Part shown: one piece after another, positions 1-9,858 of the stretch
Layout: every line of letters starts with the position of its first letter
Position numbering within the stretch: the stretch's first letter is position 1
Notes under the pieces: model-generated
Told to the model about the DNA's origin: nothing
Database searches by the model: none
Seen by the model: only the letters and a program-made list of their open reading frames with translations
DNA from: Minisyncoccota bacterium
Lineage (GTDB): Bacteria > Patescibacteriota > Minisyncoccia > UBA6257 > GWB1-50-10
Assembly: GCA_020059915.1 (NCBI GenBank)
Contig: JAGVBB010000007.1
Coordinates: forward strand, 2,873-66,872
Length of the DNA stretch: 64,000 nt
Direction: 5' to 3'
Made by a program: the position numbers and the translations under genes

Positions 1-962
1 ATATCTATATATCCTCGCACTGCCAGATCAACAATTGTTGCGGTAAGTCCCCTCTGTGAAACATATCCTTTTGTAATTACCTCAGCAATGGCGGGACGAT
101 AATTGTGTGGTGGTTCATATTCAGGAACAATGGTTCCTCGCCCAAACCGCTCCTGTCTCCTTGTAGAAAGCAAACGAATAATTACAAATAAAAGTGTTCC
201 AAAACACAAAAACACAAAAGAAATAACTCCATAGTGAAATTTTAGGAAACTCAATATATACAGATTCCGCTCCACGAATCCCTTGGGCCACGAAACCTGG
301 ATGGTAAACGCCTCATACGGCACAATGTCTGATGTAGAAAAACGAGATCCATCACGTACAACCAAACCATTTACATCAGTTCTGAATGCTTCACCGCTGG
401 TTATTTGTATATTATGAGGGAGAATAACTTCTGCATACGCATGTTTTATTGGTACCGTATATGAATCAAGAACGTTCATATACAGCTCATCAACATCAGA
501 AAAAAATCCTATTGCACCATGGAGTGTGTATGCCAATTTCCATGTTCTTAGTCCACGTGATTCGTTGTAATACCATTCAATGATCGTTTTTCCTCCTTGA
601 TTAAATGTTGTATATTTTCCCCAACTTGATGGATTTGTCTTGTCTAACCGAGAACGAGAATAGGAATATGCTTGATTTTTATTAATATCAACAACCGAAA
701 TGTTCGAAATCCCATCAATTTTATTTTTGGGAATTTCTCTCCATCCTTGATGGAATTCCCCAGAAATAAAATTGAATACCTGCGTTTCCTCAACACTCAC
801 CGTCGTATCAGATTGTATGTTGTATACAGTACGAATACTGTCGTAATTATAAATTTTTTCTGTGGTGGTAGTATCCTGTGCTAAAAGTGTAGAAAATGAA
901 AATAGAAAAATAAAAAACACTCCAAAAAACCGAAGTGTTTTTTTATCGCGTAAAAACGCCAT
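1..962 (-). CDS. DUF2207-like membrane protein (3' partial, runs off window start)
   Basis: Minus-strand reading from ATG at 962 gives MAFLRDKKTLRFFGVFFIFLFSFSTLLA (signal peptide) followed by a long open frame to position 1; immediately downstream of lemA as in typical lemA-DUF2207 pairs; not in ORF track because it is truncated by the window edge. Confidence 0.55.
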   Translation of the reverse strand, partial: MAFLRDKKTLRFFGVFFIFLFSFSTLLAQDTTTTEKIYNYDSIRTVYNIQSDTTVSVEETQVFNFISGEFHQGWREIPKNKIDGISNISVVDINKNQAYSYSRSRLDKTNPSSWGKYTTFNQGGKTIIEWYYNESRGLRTWKLAYTLHGAIGFFSDVDELYMNVLDSYTVPIKHAYAEVILPHNIQITSGEAFRTDVNGLVVRDGSRFSTSDIVPYEAFTIQVSWPKGFVERNLYILSFLKFHYGVISFVFLCFGTLLFVIIRLLSTRRQERFGRGTIVPEYEPPHNYRPAIAEVITKGYVSQRGLTATIVDLAVRGYID

Positions 963-966
963 ATGT

Positions 967-1563
967 CTAGAATGCTACCTTTACGGGTTCTTTTGCTGCA
1001 CTATCTTCAAGCTCAAAAAATTCTCGTTTTTCAAATTTGAACATTGAACCAACAATATTTGATGGGAACACTTCCAATTTAGTGTTCAAATCACGGACAT
1101 TGCCGTTATAAAATCGGCGTGCTGCCTGAATTTTATTTTCAGTATCTGAAAGCTCTTCTTGTAATTTTGTGAAACTCTCCACCGCACGAAGTTCTGGATA
1201 TGCCTCTGCAATTGCAAAAATACTTTTGAGCGCCGAAGTAACACCCATATCCGCTGTTTCTTTTTCTTTTACCGACTGTGCTCCCAACGCCTGTGCACGA
1301 GCTTTTGTGACATTTTCAAATGCCTCATTTTCATGTTTTGCATACCCCTTCACGGTTTCCACAAGATTTGGAATCAGATCATACCTGCGCTTTAATTGCA
1401 CATCAATATCTGCCCACGCTTCCTTTGTTCGGTTTATCAAACGAATAAAACCATTATATGCGCCAATGACCCATACAATAAAAATACCCAACACAACTAA
1501 TACATAATAAAACGGATTCATAGTGCTATTATACCAAGTTTTCATAATAAGAAAACCCCGCAA
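967..1563 (-). CDS. lemA: LemA family protein
   Basis: 198 aa ORF, N-terminal TM helix then LemA-like helical region (WADIDVQLKRRYDLIPNLVETVKGYAKHE). Confidence 0.8.
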   Translation of the reverse strand: MRGFLIMKTWYNSTMNPFYYVLVVLGIFIVWVIGAYNGFIRLINRTKEAWADIDVQLKRRYDLIPNLVETVKGYAKHENEAFENVTKARAQALGAQSVKEKETADMGVTSALKSIFAIAEAYPELRAVESFTKLQEELSDTENKIQAARRFYNGNVRDLNTKLEVFPSNIVGSMFKFEKREFFELEDSAAKEPVKVAF

Positions 1564-1577
1564 ACGCGGGGTTTTTA
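1551..1577. terminator. bidirectional intrinsic terminator (CCCCGCAAACGCGGGG hairpin with A/T flanks)
   Basis: perfect GC hairpin flanked by A-run and T-run between lemA and thyX. Confidence 0.7.
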
Positions 1578-1578
1578 T

Positions 1579-2487
1579 TTATAGCATGAAACCAAGTTTA
1601 TCAAGTTTTTTGATTAAATCATTTGTTTCTTTCTTTATCTTTTTGCTTTTCTCATGTTCAAACGGCGTATGTTCCTCAACATAATCGTCTGATATATGAA
1701 TGATTCCGGAAACAATCTTTCGTATCCAATCTATTTCCTGTTGGGAAAGGGAAATTGAATTAAGGATGTAATCTTCAAACGCCTTATATGAAGCGGGGCA
1801 TAAGTCTTTAACAATCTGAGATATTGCCTCGGCATATACCCGAATTTCATACTGAGCATGAGGATCAAGGCGCAACCTGAGAAAATGGAATAAGTTATGA
1901 AGATCTATCTTCCAAAACCATTCGGTATAATTTGCAACAGAAAGACCAATACGAGCAAGTTCTTTTGCTAAACCAATCTCGGTGAGTTCCTGATAATCGG
2001 TATATACTTTGGAAAAATCTGAAGTCAGAATTTCAATAACGCGTTGTTTCTGTTCATGTGAAAGATCCTCGTCTCTTCCCTGTTTGTTTTCTTCGGATTG
2101 TTTTTTTAGTACATCTGGGGACGGCATATAGAATTCATTGGACATGATAGAAAATCTTCCAGAATATTCATTTACGTTTGCGGTTCTATGACGAATCCAT
2201 TGACGTGCAACGAATATCGGCATCTTACAATGCAATTTGATTTCCACCATTTCAAACGGTGAAGTATGTTTGTTACGAAGTAAATATCGGATGAGCGCAT
2301 TGTCCTCTTGGACTTTCTTTGTTCCTCTTCCATAAGAAACGCGAGCCGCGCGGGCAATTTCTGTATCGTTTCCCATGTAATCAACAAGCTTTACAAATCC
2401 ATGATCAAGACACGAAATGTGTTTTTCTATCCATTGTTCACCACCCGGATTTATTGGGCGTCCAGTTAGATTTTTTTCTTCTTCCAT
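1579..2487 (-). CDS. thyX: FAD-dependent thymidylate synthase ThyX
   Basis: ThyX signature RHRxxxxxS present (ARQWIRHRTANVNEYSGRFS); start placed at MEEEKNLTG internal Met of the 316 aa ORF, SD-like AAGGAG 8 nt upstream. Confidence 0.85.
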   Translation of the reverse strand: MEEEKNLTGRPINPGGEQWIEKHISCLDHGFVKLVDYMGNDTEIARAARVSYGRGTKKVQEDNALIRYLLRNKHTSPFEMVEIKLHCKMPIFVARQWIRHRTANVNEYSGRFSIMSNEFYMPSPDVLKKQSEENKQGRDEDLSHEQKQRVIEILTSDFSKVYTDYQELTEIGLAKELARIGLSVANYTEWFWKIDLHNLFHFLRLRLDPHAQYEIRVYAEAISQIVKDLCPASYKAFEDYILNSISLSQQEIDWIRKIVSGIIHISDDYVEEHTPFEHEKSKKIKKETNDLIKKLDKLGFML

Positions 2488-2539
2488 AAGAAGGTTCTCC
2501 TTATTTTGTTTGTTAAATAATCTACACAAAATGTATCAA

Positions 2540-2577
2540 AAAACACACCCAAATACAAACGGGGTGTGTTTTTTTGA
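2540..2577. terminator. intrinsic terminator downstream of groEL
   Basis: CACACCC...GGGGTGTG hairpin followed by T7. Confidence 0.65.
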
Positions 2578-2589
2578 TTTTTCTATGAA

Positions 2590-4218
2590 TTAGTAGTCCA
2601 TTCCTGCGGGACCATGACTGTGTGAATCCTCCTTCTTAGGAATTTCTACCACCGCTGCTCCAATAGTAAGATAATTTGCAGCAACAGAAATTGCATTCGT
2701 GAATGCTGTCTTGGTTACTTTGAGTGGGTCAATAATTCCCATACTCTTTAAATCTCCAATTGAATTTTCAAATGCATTAAATCCATGCCATTCATTTCTT
2801 TTTTCTTGTTTTAATTCTGAAAGAACTTTTGATGGATTCTCTCCACTATTCAAGACAATTGCAGTAATGGGCGCCTCAACAGCATGCATGAGAATTGCAT
2901 GTGCCGCTTCTGAAACCGCCGAACCACCTTTTTCCGACTTCATTTTCAATGCCGCATTCAACAGTGCAATTCCGCCACCTGGCACAATTCCTTCTTCCAT
3001 AGCTGCGCGCGTTGCTGCAACTGCATCCTCAACACGTTGCTTTAATTCTTTCTGTGCCGATTCTGTTGGCGCTCCAACCTTGATAACAGCAACACCACTA
3101 GCAAGCTTTCCAATGCGTTCTTCAAGTTTTTCCTTTTCATAGTCAGATTCTATTTTTTTGAGTTGTGTCTTAAGTTCTACAATGCGATCACTAATAAGTT
3201 TCTTATCACCTTTTCCGCCAACAATAGTTGTTTTGTCTTTATCACTCACCACTCGACGAGCAGACCCAAGATCGGAAATTTCAACTGAATCAAACTTCTT
3301 TCCAACTTCTTCAGAAACAAACGTTCCTCCTGTTACGATCGCAATATCCTGAAGCATTTCTTTTTTTCTATCTCCAAACCCAGGCGCCTTTATACCAAGC
3401 ACAGTAAACACACCACGAATCTTATTGAGTACCAATGTGGTGAGTGCCTCACCATCTATGTCATCTGCAAAAATAACTAACTCCTTTCTTCCCGTTCCAA
3501 TAACTTTTTCAAGCACCGGAAGTATTTCCTGTACCGATGATATTTTCTTATCGGTAACCAAGATGAATGGATCCTCAAGTGATGCTTCCATCCGTTCCTG
3601 ATTGGTGATCATGTATTGAGAAATATATCCTCGGTCAAACTGCATACCCTCCACAATCTCATGTGAGTTACCAACAGTGTTTGAATCATCAATAGTTACC
3701 ACACCTTCACGCCCAACTGTTTCAATAACTTCTGCAATGAGTTTTCCAATTTCTTTATCTTTTGCTGAAAGCGTCGCTACCTCCTCAATTTTCTTTACAT
3801 CATTGATTTCTTCTTTTTGAGCCTCAAGCGATGCAATAATACCAATGCTCTGTTTTTTTAATTCTTCTGCAAGTTGTATTACATTGAATCCCTTTTCTCG
3901 AATTGCTTTTTCTCCCTCTTCAATTAATGCATGTGCGAGCACCACGGATGTTGTGGTACCATCTCCCACATTGTCATTTGTCTTGTCTGCAGCCTGTTTC
4001 AAAAACTCTGCACCAAGATTTTCATATTTATCCTCAAGCTCAATTTCCTTTGCTACAGTAACTCCATCAAATGTTACTTGTGGGGCACCATATGATTTTT
4101 CTACAACAACAGCACGTCCACGTGGACCAAGTGTCATGGTTACCGCGGTTGCAAGCTTATCAATTCCTTTCTTCATTGCTGCACGCGCTTCTTCGTTAAA
4201 AATAATTTGTTTAGACAT
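2590..4218 (-). CDS. groL: chaperonin GroEL
   Basis: 542 aa, canonical GroEL blocks (AVKAPGFGDRRK-like GIKAPGFGDRKKEML, GGGIALL), C-terminal GM tail. Confidence 0.97.
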   Translation of the reverse strand: MSKQIIFNEEARAAMKKGIDKLATAVTMTLGPRGRAVVVEKSYGAPQVTFDGVTVAKEIELEDKYENLGAEFLKQAADKTNDNVGDGTTTSVVLAHALIEEGEKAIREKGFNVIQLAEELKKQSIGIIASLEAQKEEINDVKKIEEVATLSAKDKEIGKLIAEVIETVGREGVVTIDDSNTVGNSHEIVEGMQFDRGYISQYMITNQERMEASLEDPFILVTDKKISSVQEILPVLEKVIGTGRKELVIFADDIDGEALTTLVLNKIRGVFTVLGIKAPGFGDRKKEMLQDIAIVTGGTFVSEEVGKKFDSVEISDLGSARRVVSDKDKTTIVGGKGDKKLISDRIVELKTQLKKIESDYEKEKLEERIGKLASGVAVIKVGAPTESAQKELKQRVEDAVAATRAAMEEGIVPGGGIALLNAALKMKSEKGGSAVSEAAHAILMHAVEAPITAIVLNSGENPSKVLSELKQEKRNEWHGFNAFENSIGDLKSMGIIDPLKVTKTAFTNAISVAANYLTIGAAVVEIPKKEDSHSHGPAGMDY

Positions 4219-4253
4219 AATAATAGATTATAGATATTAGGAAGATAAAAATG

Positions 4254-4553
4254 CTATTCAGAAATAGTTGCTAACACATCATCTTCTTCGACTAAGAATA
4301 ATTTCTTTCCGTCATATTCAAACTTAATTTCGTTTGGCCATTCTTTTTTTCTAAAAAAAACTTTATTCCCAATCTTCAACGACATTGGAATTATTTCACC
4401 TTTTTCATTAAGCTTTCCTGGACCAACAGAAATTATTACTCCCTTACTCCACTCCTTTGATTCGACTGTATCAGGAATTATAATACCTGATTTTGTTGTT
4501 TTAACTTCATCCTCAGAAATAAGGACACGATTTGATAATGGTTGTATATTCAT
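4254..4553 (-). CDS. groS: co-chaperonin GroES
   Basis: GroES fold MNIQPLSNRVLI...GEIIPMSLKIGNKV; start taken at internal Met giving about 99 aa; directly upstream of groEL. Confidence 0.93.
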   Translation of the reverse strand: MNIQPLSNRVLISEDEVKTTKSGIIIPDTVESKEWSKGVIISVGPGKLNEKGEIIPMSLKIGNKVFFRKKEWPNEIKFEYDGKKLFLVEEDDVLATISE

Positions 4554-4697
4554 AGTTTTTTGTATTAGCAATCTCGACTTTGCACTGCTAATTTTAATCG
4601 GGAACAAAATTTTTGCAAGTCCATATAACCTTCCTCATTTCCAAGCGATATTTTTTTGCCATTTCTAACTTATCACTCCTGCACTATACTAAATATA

Positions 4698-6401
4698 ATG
4701 TCAGTATTATTGACACAATTTGATCCGGAAAGCGTTGTCCGAAAGGCCTATGAATTCGCCGAAATGGCGCATAAAGACGAGCTTCGTGAGAGCGGAGAGC
4801 CGTATTTTATCCATTGTGTGAAAGTTGCCGAAACGGTATATGAGTGGAAACTTGATCAATCATCAATTGCTGCTGCACTCCTCCATGACACTGTTGAAGA
4901 TACATCAATAACCAATAAAGACATTGCGAACTATTTTGGAAATGAAATTGCTTTTCTCGTGGAAGGACTTACCAAATTGGAGACAATTCAATATCCAGAA
5001 AAAAAGGAGACAACAGAAATTGAAAATCTTCGCCGATTTATCATATCGTTTGCAAAAGATCTTCGCGTGGTGCTCATAAAGCTAGCGGATCGGCTTCACA
5101 ATATGCAGACTATCAGTCATCTTTCAAAGGAACGAAGAGATCGACTTGCGTGGGAGACTGCAGAAATTTATGCACCACTTGCCTATCGTCTCGGTATGCA
5201 GAAACTTTCTGGAGAACTTGAAGATCTCGCCTTCCCCCACATTGATCCAGAAGGGCATGCGTGGCTCATGAATGCGGTTACTGAATCATATAAAGATAGA
5301 ATTCGTTATACCGAACGAGTACGCCCAATGATCCTCAAGCATTTGGTAAAAAATGATATCAAACCAATAACAGTTGATGCTCGTGCAAAACGATATTCAA
5401 GCTTATATAAAAAGTTGCTTCGCTATGAAATGGATTTGGAAAAAATCTATGATCTTGTCGCATTCCGCATCATTGTGGACACCATCGAAGAATGTTATGC
5501 GGTACTCGGAGTTGTGCATAAATTATGGGCACCGCTCCCCGGAAGAATAAAAGATTATATAGCGCGCCCAAAACCAAATGGATACAGAAGTATTCATACC
5601 ACCGTGTTTTGTGTTGATAAAAAAATTATTGAAATCCAAATCCGCACACAAGAAATGCATGAGGAGGCAGAAATGGGTATTGCTGCACACTGGGCATATC
5701 AACAAATCCGTAATGAAACAAAGAAAAAAGCGTTGTGGAAAGGAGTAAAGAATAAAGGAGAACTCACGTGGATAGAGCAACTCAGTAATTGGCAAAAACA
5801 TTTTACCGAACCAGAAGCATTCATGCGAGCATTGAAAACCGATTTTTTCAAAGAACGCATCTTTGTTATTACTCCGCACAATGACATTATTGATCTCCCC
5901 GTCGGGGCAACTCCTGTTGATTTTGCATACAGAATCCACACCGACGTCGGACATCAATGTATCGGTGCAAAAATAAATAAAAAAATTGTTCCTATCGATT
6001 ACGAATTGAAATCGGGAGACATTGTTGAAATTATTACCCAAAAAGGAAAAAAACCGTCAGAGGACTGGCTTCGTTTCGTGAAAACAGAATCAGCAAGAGA
6101 CCATATTAAAAGTGCACTCCGCGTGAAATCCCGATTGTTTAGAACAAAGGCAGAGCCGGAGCTCATGGAATTCAAAATTGTAAATCAAGATGGACCGGGA
6201 TTTTTAAAAGAAGTCACCACAGTATTTGGTGACCTGAGAATTAATATATTATATCTACAAAGCCAAACGGATCATCGAAAAGCATTTTCTATTGTTACGA
6301 TACGAACAGAAGTACTCCCCGAGGCAAAAATTGAAAAAGTATTATTGAAACTCAGAAAAATACCTAACACAAAAGAAGTAACATACAAAACAGAACGTTA
6401 A
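4698..6401 (+). CDS. bifunctional (p)ppGpp synthetase/hydrolase RelA/SpoT family
   Basis: HD domain (HDTVEDT), RelA_SpoT synthetase block (GRIKDYIARPKPNGYRSIHT), TGS and ACT-like C-terminus; start at MSVLLTQ. Confidence 0.9.
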   Translation: MSVLLTQFDPESVVRKAYEFAEMAHKDELRESGEPYFIHCVKVAETVYEWKLDQSSIAAALLHDTVEDTSITNKDIANYFGNEIAFLVEGLTKLETIQYPEKKETTEIENLRRFIISFAKDLRVVLIKLADRLHNMQTISHLSKERRDRLAWETAEIYAPLAYRLGMQKLSGELEDLAFPHIDPEGHAWLMNAVTESYKDRIRYTERVRPMILKHLVKNDIKPITVDARAKRYSSLYKKLLRYEMDLEKIYDLVAFRIIVDTIEECYAVLGVVHKLWAPLPGRIKDYIARPKPNGYRSIHTTVFCVDKKIIEIQIRTQEMHEEAEMGIAAHWAYQQIRNETKKKALWKGVKNKGELTWIEQLSNWQKHFTEPEAFMRALKTDFFKERIFVITPHNDIIDLPVGATPVDFAYRIHTDVGHQCIGAKINKKIVPIDYELKSGDIVEIITQKGKKPSEDWLRFVKTESARDHIKSALRVKSRLFRTKAEPELMEFKIVNQDGPGFLKEVTTVFGDLRINILYLQSQTDHRKAFSIVTIRTEVLPEAKIEKVLLKLRKIPNTKEVTYKTER

Positions 6402-6402
6402 A

Positions 6403-7392
6403 TTAATCTTCCTGGATTATACGTCCCAACAATCCTTCCAGTTCTTCCCGAGAATAAAATTTTATAACAATTTCCCCACCCTTCCCTTGTGCGCGAATAT
6501 TTGTTGGTGCAGAAAATTTTTCTTCAATTTTTCTTTCCCAAAATGCATACTCAGGATTTTTTGTATATGCACCTATTTTCTTCCTTCCGATACGTTCATT
6601 CATTTCTCGGATGGTTGTCTTTTTATCAAGCAATGAAAGAAATATTCTCCGCTGTTCTCCCGGATTTGCGATTCCCAACAATGTTCGTCCCTGCGATTCA
6701 GTAAGTCGGCCCGTGAGCAACGCATCCTGTATTTCTGAGGGGAGGTTCAAAAGTCGCATGGTGTTTGCCACTGATTCACGACTCTTTCCAACACGGATAG
6801 CAATTTCTCTTTGTGTAATTCCAAATTCTTCTTGGAGTTGTGCATATGCACGTGCCGATTCTATCGGATTGAGATTGCTCCGTTGAATGTTTTCGATAAG
6901 TGCAATTTCAAGTTTTGCCTTTCCCGCATCTATGTTTTTTATGATCGCCGGTATACGCGGAATTCCAGCAAGTTTTGATGCCTTAAGTCTTCGTTCCCCG
7001 GCAATCAACTGATATTCAACCTCAGTTCCTGATTCTTTTTCTTTTATTACTTTTGCAACAATGATTGGTTGGAGCACACCAAATTCACGGATTGATTGGG
7101 CAAGCTCTTTTAATTCATCTTCATTAAAATCCCTACGTGGTTGATATGGGTTTGGTTGGATTTTTTCAACCTCAATCTGAAATATGTTTGTTACTTGGTT
7201 GTGTGCTGGTTCTTTCCGTTCGCGAACAACTGGAGGGTGATGTATGGGTGACGGAGGAATTGCTCTGTGTAATGGTTGTTGTGTGTGTGGAGGGAATTGT
7301 GGAATCGGACCATTTGTTTTATGAGAAGGGACCATGGGTTGTCCCCCGGGTTTGTTATTTGGAATAAGTGATTCAAGTCCACGTCCTAACAT
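6403..7392 (-). CDS. parB: ParB/Spo0J partition protein with Pro/His-rich N-terminal insertion
   Basis: N-terminal GRGLESLIP motif, ParB box GERRLKASKLAGIPRIPAII, HTH region; about 70 aa low-complexity P/H/Q-rich insert after the N-terminal motif. Confidence 0.85.
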   Translation of the reverse strand: MLGRGLESLIPNNKPGGQPMVPSHKTNGPIPQFPPHTQQPLHRAIPPSPIHHPPVVRERKEPAHNQVTNIFQIEVEKIQPNPYQPRRDFNEDELKELAQSIREFGVLQPIIVAKVIKEKESGTEVEYQLIAGERRLKASKLAGIPRIPAIIKNIDAGKAKLEIALIENIQRSNLNPIESARAYAQLQEEFGITQREIAIRVGKSRESVANTMRLLNLPSEIQDALLTGRLTESQGRTLLGIANPGEQRRIFLSLLDKKTTIREMNERIGRKKIGAYTKNPEYAFWERKIEEKFSAPTNIRAQGKGGEIVIKFYSREELEGLLGRIIQED

Positions 7393-7456
7393 ATGTGTAA
7401 GTATAAACTCAAAGAGTAAAAATCAAAAGTCAAAGATGTTAATAAAAAACGCACCA

Positions 7457-8089
7457 CTATACTGTGGCGCGCGAATATTTTTTTGCGAGGCGTATGATTT
7501 GCCAATTTATGACAAATGCAATCGGATTAAAGATCATCAGAGGAATATTTCCAATAAGGAGAGAGTAAAAAAACCAAAACGTGTTTGATGCCATAAACAT
7601 CTTTTGGACGTTTATCGCAATATTTCCCGCCTTCCCTTCTCTTACCAACTCATATAGTTGGCACGCAGAAAAAAGAAGAATACCAAAGAGAAGTGCTGAA
7701 AATAAAAATTCCCTTCCATCTGAATCTAAAAAAATCATCAGAGGAATCATAAGAAAAAATGAAAACGATAATGTCCATTCATACCACGGAACTCCATGTT
7801 TGTATTTCCATAGTCCAACCATGACATAGAAACAGAACATTCCAAGGAGTGCGTTGAATATGAGTGCAATACTCTGTTGGGCTATACCATAAGGAAAAAT
7901 GGCGAATAGGTATGCCGCAAAATAGGAAAACTGAAGGACAGAAACGGATTCACCGTTTCTTTTATCCCAAATTGTTTTCCCTTGTTCATACATCGACTTC
8001 ATTTGAAGTAATGTGAGCAACACGGTTCCTAAAAACGAAATAGTCAAAAGATTGAGACCAAAACTTTGTATTTCAACAAAGGAATTCAT
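7457..8089 (-). CDS. hypothetical polytopic membrane protein
   Basis: 210 aa, about 6 predicted TM helices, no recognisable motif; lies between parA and parB. Confidence 0.5.
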   Translation of the reverse strand: MNSFVEIQSFGLNLLTISFLGTVLLTLLQMKSMYEQGKTIWDKRNGESVSVLQFSYFAAYLFAIFPYGIAQQSIALIFNALLGMFCFYVMVGLWKYKHGVPWYEWTLSFSFFLMIPLMIFLDSDGREFLFSALLFGILLFSACQLYELVREGKAGNIAINVQKMFMASNTFWFFYSLLIGNIPLMIFNPIAFVINWQIIRLAKKYSRATV

Positions 8090-8463
8090 AACTACCTCTG
8101 CTATTTAATTATTAAATGTAAATATATTATATCACTAAATATTGAAAAAGTCAAAACTAAAACGGGGCTCGATTATGAGACCTTTTTCGTTTTATGTATA
8201 TTAATTATTTGTAGAAGTTTTGAGTGTAAAAATAAAAATAAGAAAGAACAACGTCAAAACCCAAATATATACTAACGAAAAAGCTCTCACATCGAACTCC
8301 CCGTTTCAGAAAGTGCATACACTAGTCCAATTTTCGTGCGCCTCTACACCGCCTCAACCCGCGCCATACCGGCCGGATACGTAACGAGCAATTTGGAAGT
8401 AACCCGCTTTGAAAACCAAACCACTATAACTTTATTATTTTATAAAACAGAGGTCAATAGTTT

Positions 8464-9372
8464 TTATTCGTAAAAAACAAAATATCGCTCATAAAACTCC
8501 TCATCAGTTTTTGGAAAATCATTTATTTCACGTTCTTCAAATTCCATAGGAATTTCTGGAACATCATTATATTGGGGAATTGTCGGTGGCACATATGTCG
8601 GCGCACTTCTATCAGGAAATTGATTCATTACCTCCTTCGCAAGTTGTTCATATGCCAACGCCCCAGCGCTTTGTGGTGCATGGAGTACCACCGGTTTTTG
8701 AAAACTTGGTGCTTCTGCCAAACTGACTGATCGTGGAATTTCAATGTCATATACCTGAGTTGGAAATCTCCTTCGCACTTCTCGTGCAACCTCACGGGAA
8801 AGTTTCTCGCGCTTGTCATACATAGTAAGGAGTGCACCACCAATCTCAATGGGGTGATTCATATTTGTTTGAATTAACTCCATCGTTTGTAACAACTGAC
8901 TCAAACCTTCCAAGCTGTAGTATTCACATTGTACAGGAATGATAACCTCATCCGCGGCAAGAAGACCATTCAATGTTAATAAATTCAAACTCGGCGCAAG
9001 ATCAATCAAAATAAATTGATAATATGGTGCAACGTGCGCAACAAAATTTCTTAAAAAATATTCTCTTTCAGGAAGGTTCACTAATTCAATAAGAGCACCA
9101 GCAAGATCTTGTGATGCCGGAGCAATATCAAGATTTGCTAAGTGCGTGCGTTGCACCACTCTATCGGGAGTAACGCCACCTAATATTGCATGATAGATTG
9201 TCTCTTCTGGATTATGTTTCACTCCAAGTCCAGATGTTGCATTTGCTTGTGGATCAAAATCAATAAGAAGTGTTCGATTTCCTAGAATCGCAAGATACGC
9301 AGCAAGGTTCATTGCTGTTGTTGTTTTCCCGACTCCCCCTTTTTGATTGCATATTGCAATCGAACGTGCCAT
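8464..9372 (-). CDS. parA: ParA/Soj family ATPase with C-terminal extension
   Basis: deviant Walker A KGGVGKTTT, ParA core to about residue 250, then about 50 aa Pro/acidic tail. Confidence 0.88.
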   Translation of the reverse strand: MARSIAICNQKGGVGKTTTAMNLAAYLAILGNRTLLIDFDPQANATSGLGVKHNPEETIYHAILGGVTPDRVVQRTHLANLDIAPASQDLAGALIELVNLPEREYFLRNFVAHVAPYYQFILIDLAPSLNLLTLNGLLAADEVIIPVQCEYYSLEGLSQLLQTMELIQTNMNHPIEIGGALLTMYDKREKLSREVAREVRRRFPTQVYDIEIPRSVSLAEAPSFQKPVVLHAPQSAGALAYEQLAKEVMNQFPDRSAPTYVPPTIPQYNDVPEIPMEFEEREINDFPKTDEEFYERYFVFYE

Positions 9373-9520
9373 TGACTTTACTTTACCTTATCCACGTTGT
9401 ATTCTCAATGTGTACTTTTAAACATGCATGTTTAAAAGTTATTGAAGGATTAAAAATTGAATAATTGAAGATTATTTTATCGAAATTGGAATGCATAATT
9501 TTTAAATTTTCAATATATTT

Positions 9521-9604
9521 GCCTGAGTGTCGGAATTGGTAGACGACCACGACTCAAAATCGTGTGGCCTCACGGCCGTGTGGGTTCGAGTCCCACCTCA
9601 GGCA
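9521..9604 (+). tRNA. tRNA-Leu (anticodon CAA), type II long variable arm
   Basis: acceptor GCCTGAG/CTCAGGC+A, anticodon stem CACGA/TCGTG with loop CTCAAAA, long variable arm, T-arm GTGGG TTCGAGT CCCAC; no encoded CCA. Confidence 0.85.
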
Positions 9605-9606
9605 CA
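9588..9606 (+). repeat. 19-nt direct repeat copy 1 (3' end of tRNA-Leu: GAGTCCCACCTCAGGCACA)
   Basis: exact 19/19 identity with 9799..9817. Confidence 0.9.
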
Positions 9607-9616
9607 TTTCAAAAAT

Positions 9617-9645
9617 AGAAAACGCATTAGCGTTTTTTATTTTTA
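9617..9645 (+). terminator. intrinsic terminator after tRNA-Leu
   Basis: AAAACGC ATTA GCGTTTT hairpin then T-run. Confidence 0.65.
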
Positions 9646-9798
9646 TGTGTCTGAGAGGAACGCCAACTGCTTGGCGTTCCGGTGGTACTCGAAGGGCGGA
9701 CCTGCCTACCGGCAGGCAGGGCGATATTTCGTCAGTAGACGAAATCGCGAGCCCAGGTTTTCAACAATTGTGAGCGACGGCGAACAATTAGTTGAAAA

Positions 9799-9817
9799 GA
9801 GTCCCACCTCAGGCACA
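9799..9817 (+). repeat. 19-nt direct repeat copy 2 (duplicate of tRNA-Leu 3' end), possible attR-like footprint
   Basis: exact 19/19 identity with 9588..9606; preceded at 9649..9655 by GTCTGAG that can pair with the CTCAGGC acceptor strand. Confidence 0.85.
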
Positions 9818-9853
9818 AATACAAAAACACTCTTCGTGAGTGTTTTTGTATTT
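9818..9853. terminator. long perfect palindrome / bidirectional terminator (AAATACAAAAACACTC TTCG GAGTGTTTTTGTATTT)
   Basis: about 16-bp perfect inverted repeat with T-runs on both strands immediately after repeat copy 2. Confidence 0.7.
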
Positions 9854-9858
9854 CTATC

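Noticed and set aside
5523-6041. 172-aa and 80-aa minus-strand ORFs
   Set aside because: Antisense within the relA/spoT coding region; Cys/Phe-rich low-complexity.
8066-8275. 69-aa plus-strand ORF
   Set aside because: AT-rich spacer, Ile/Lys/Asn-biased composition typical of random AT-rich ORFs.
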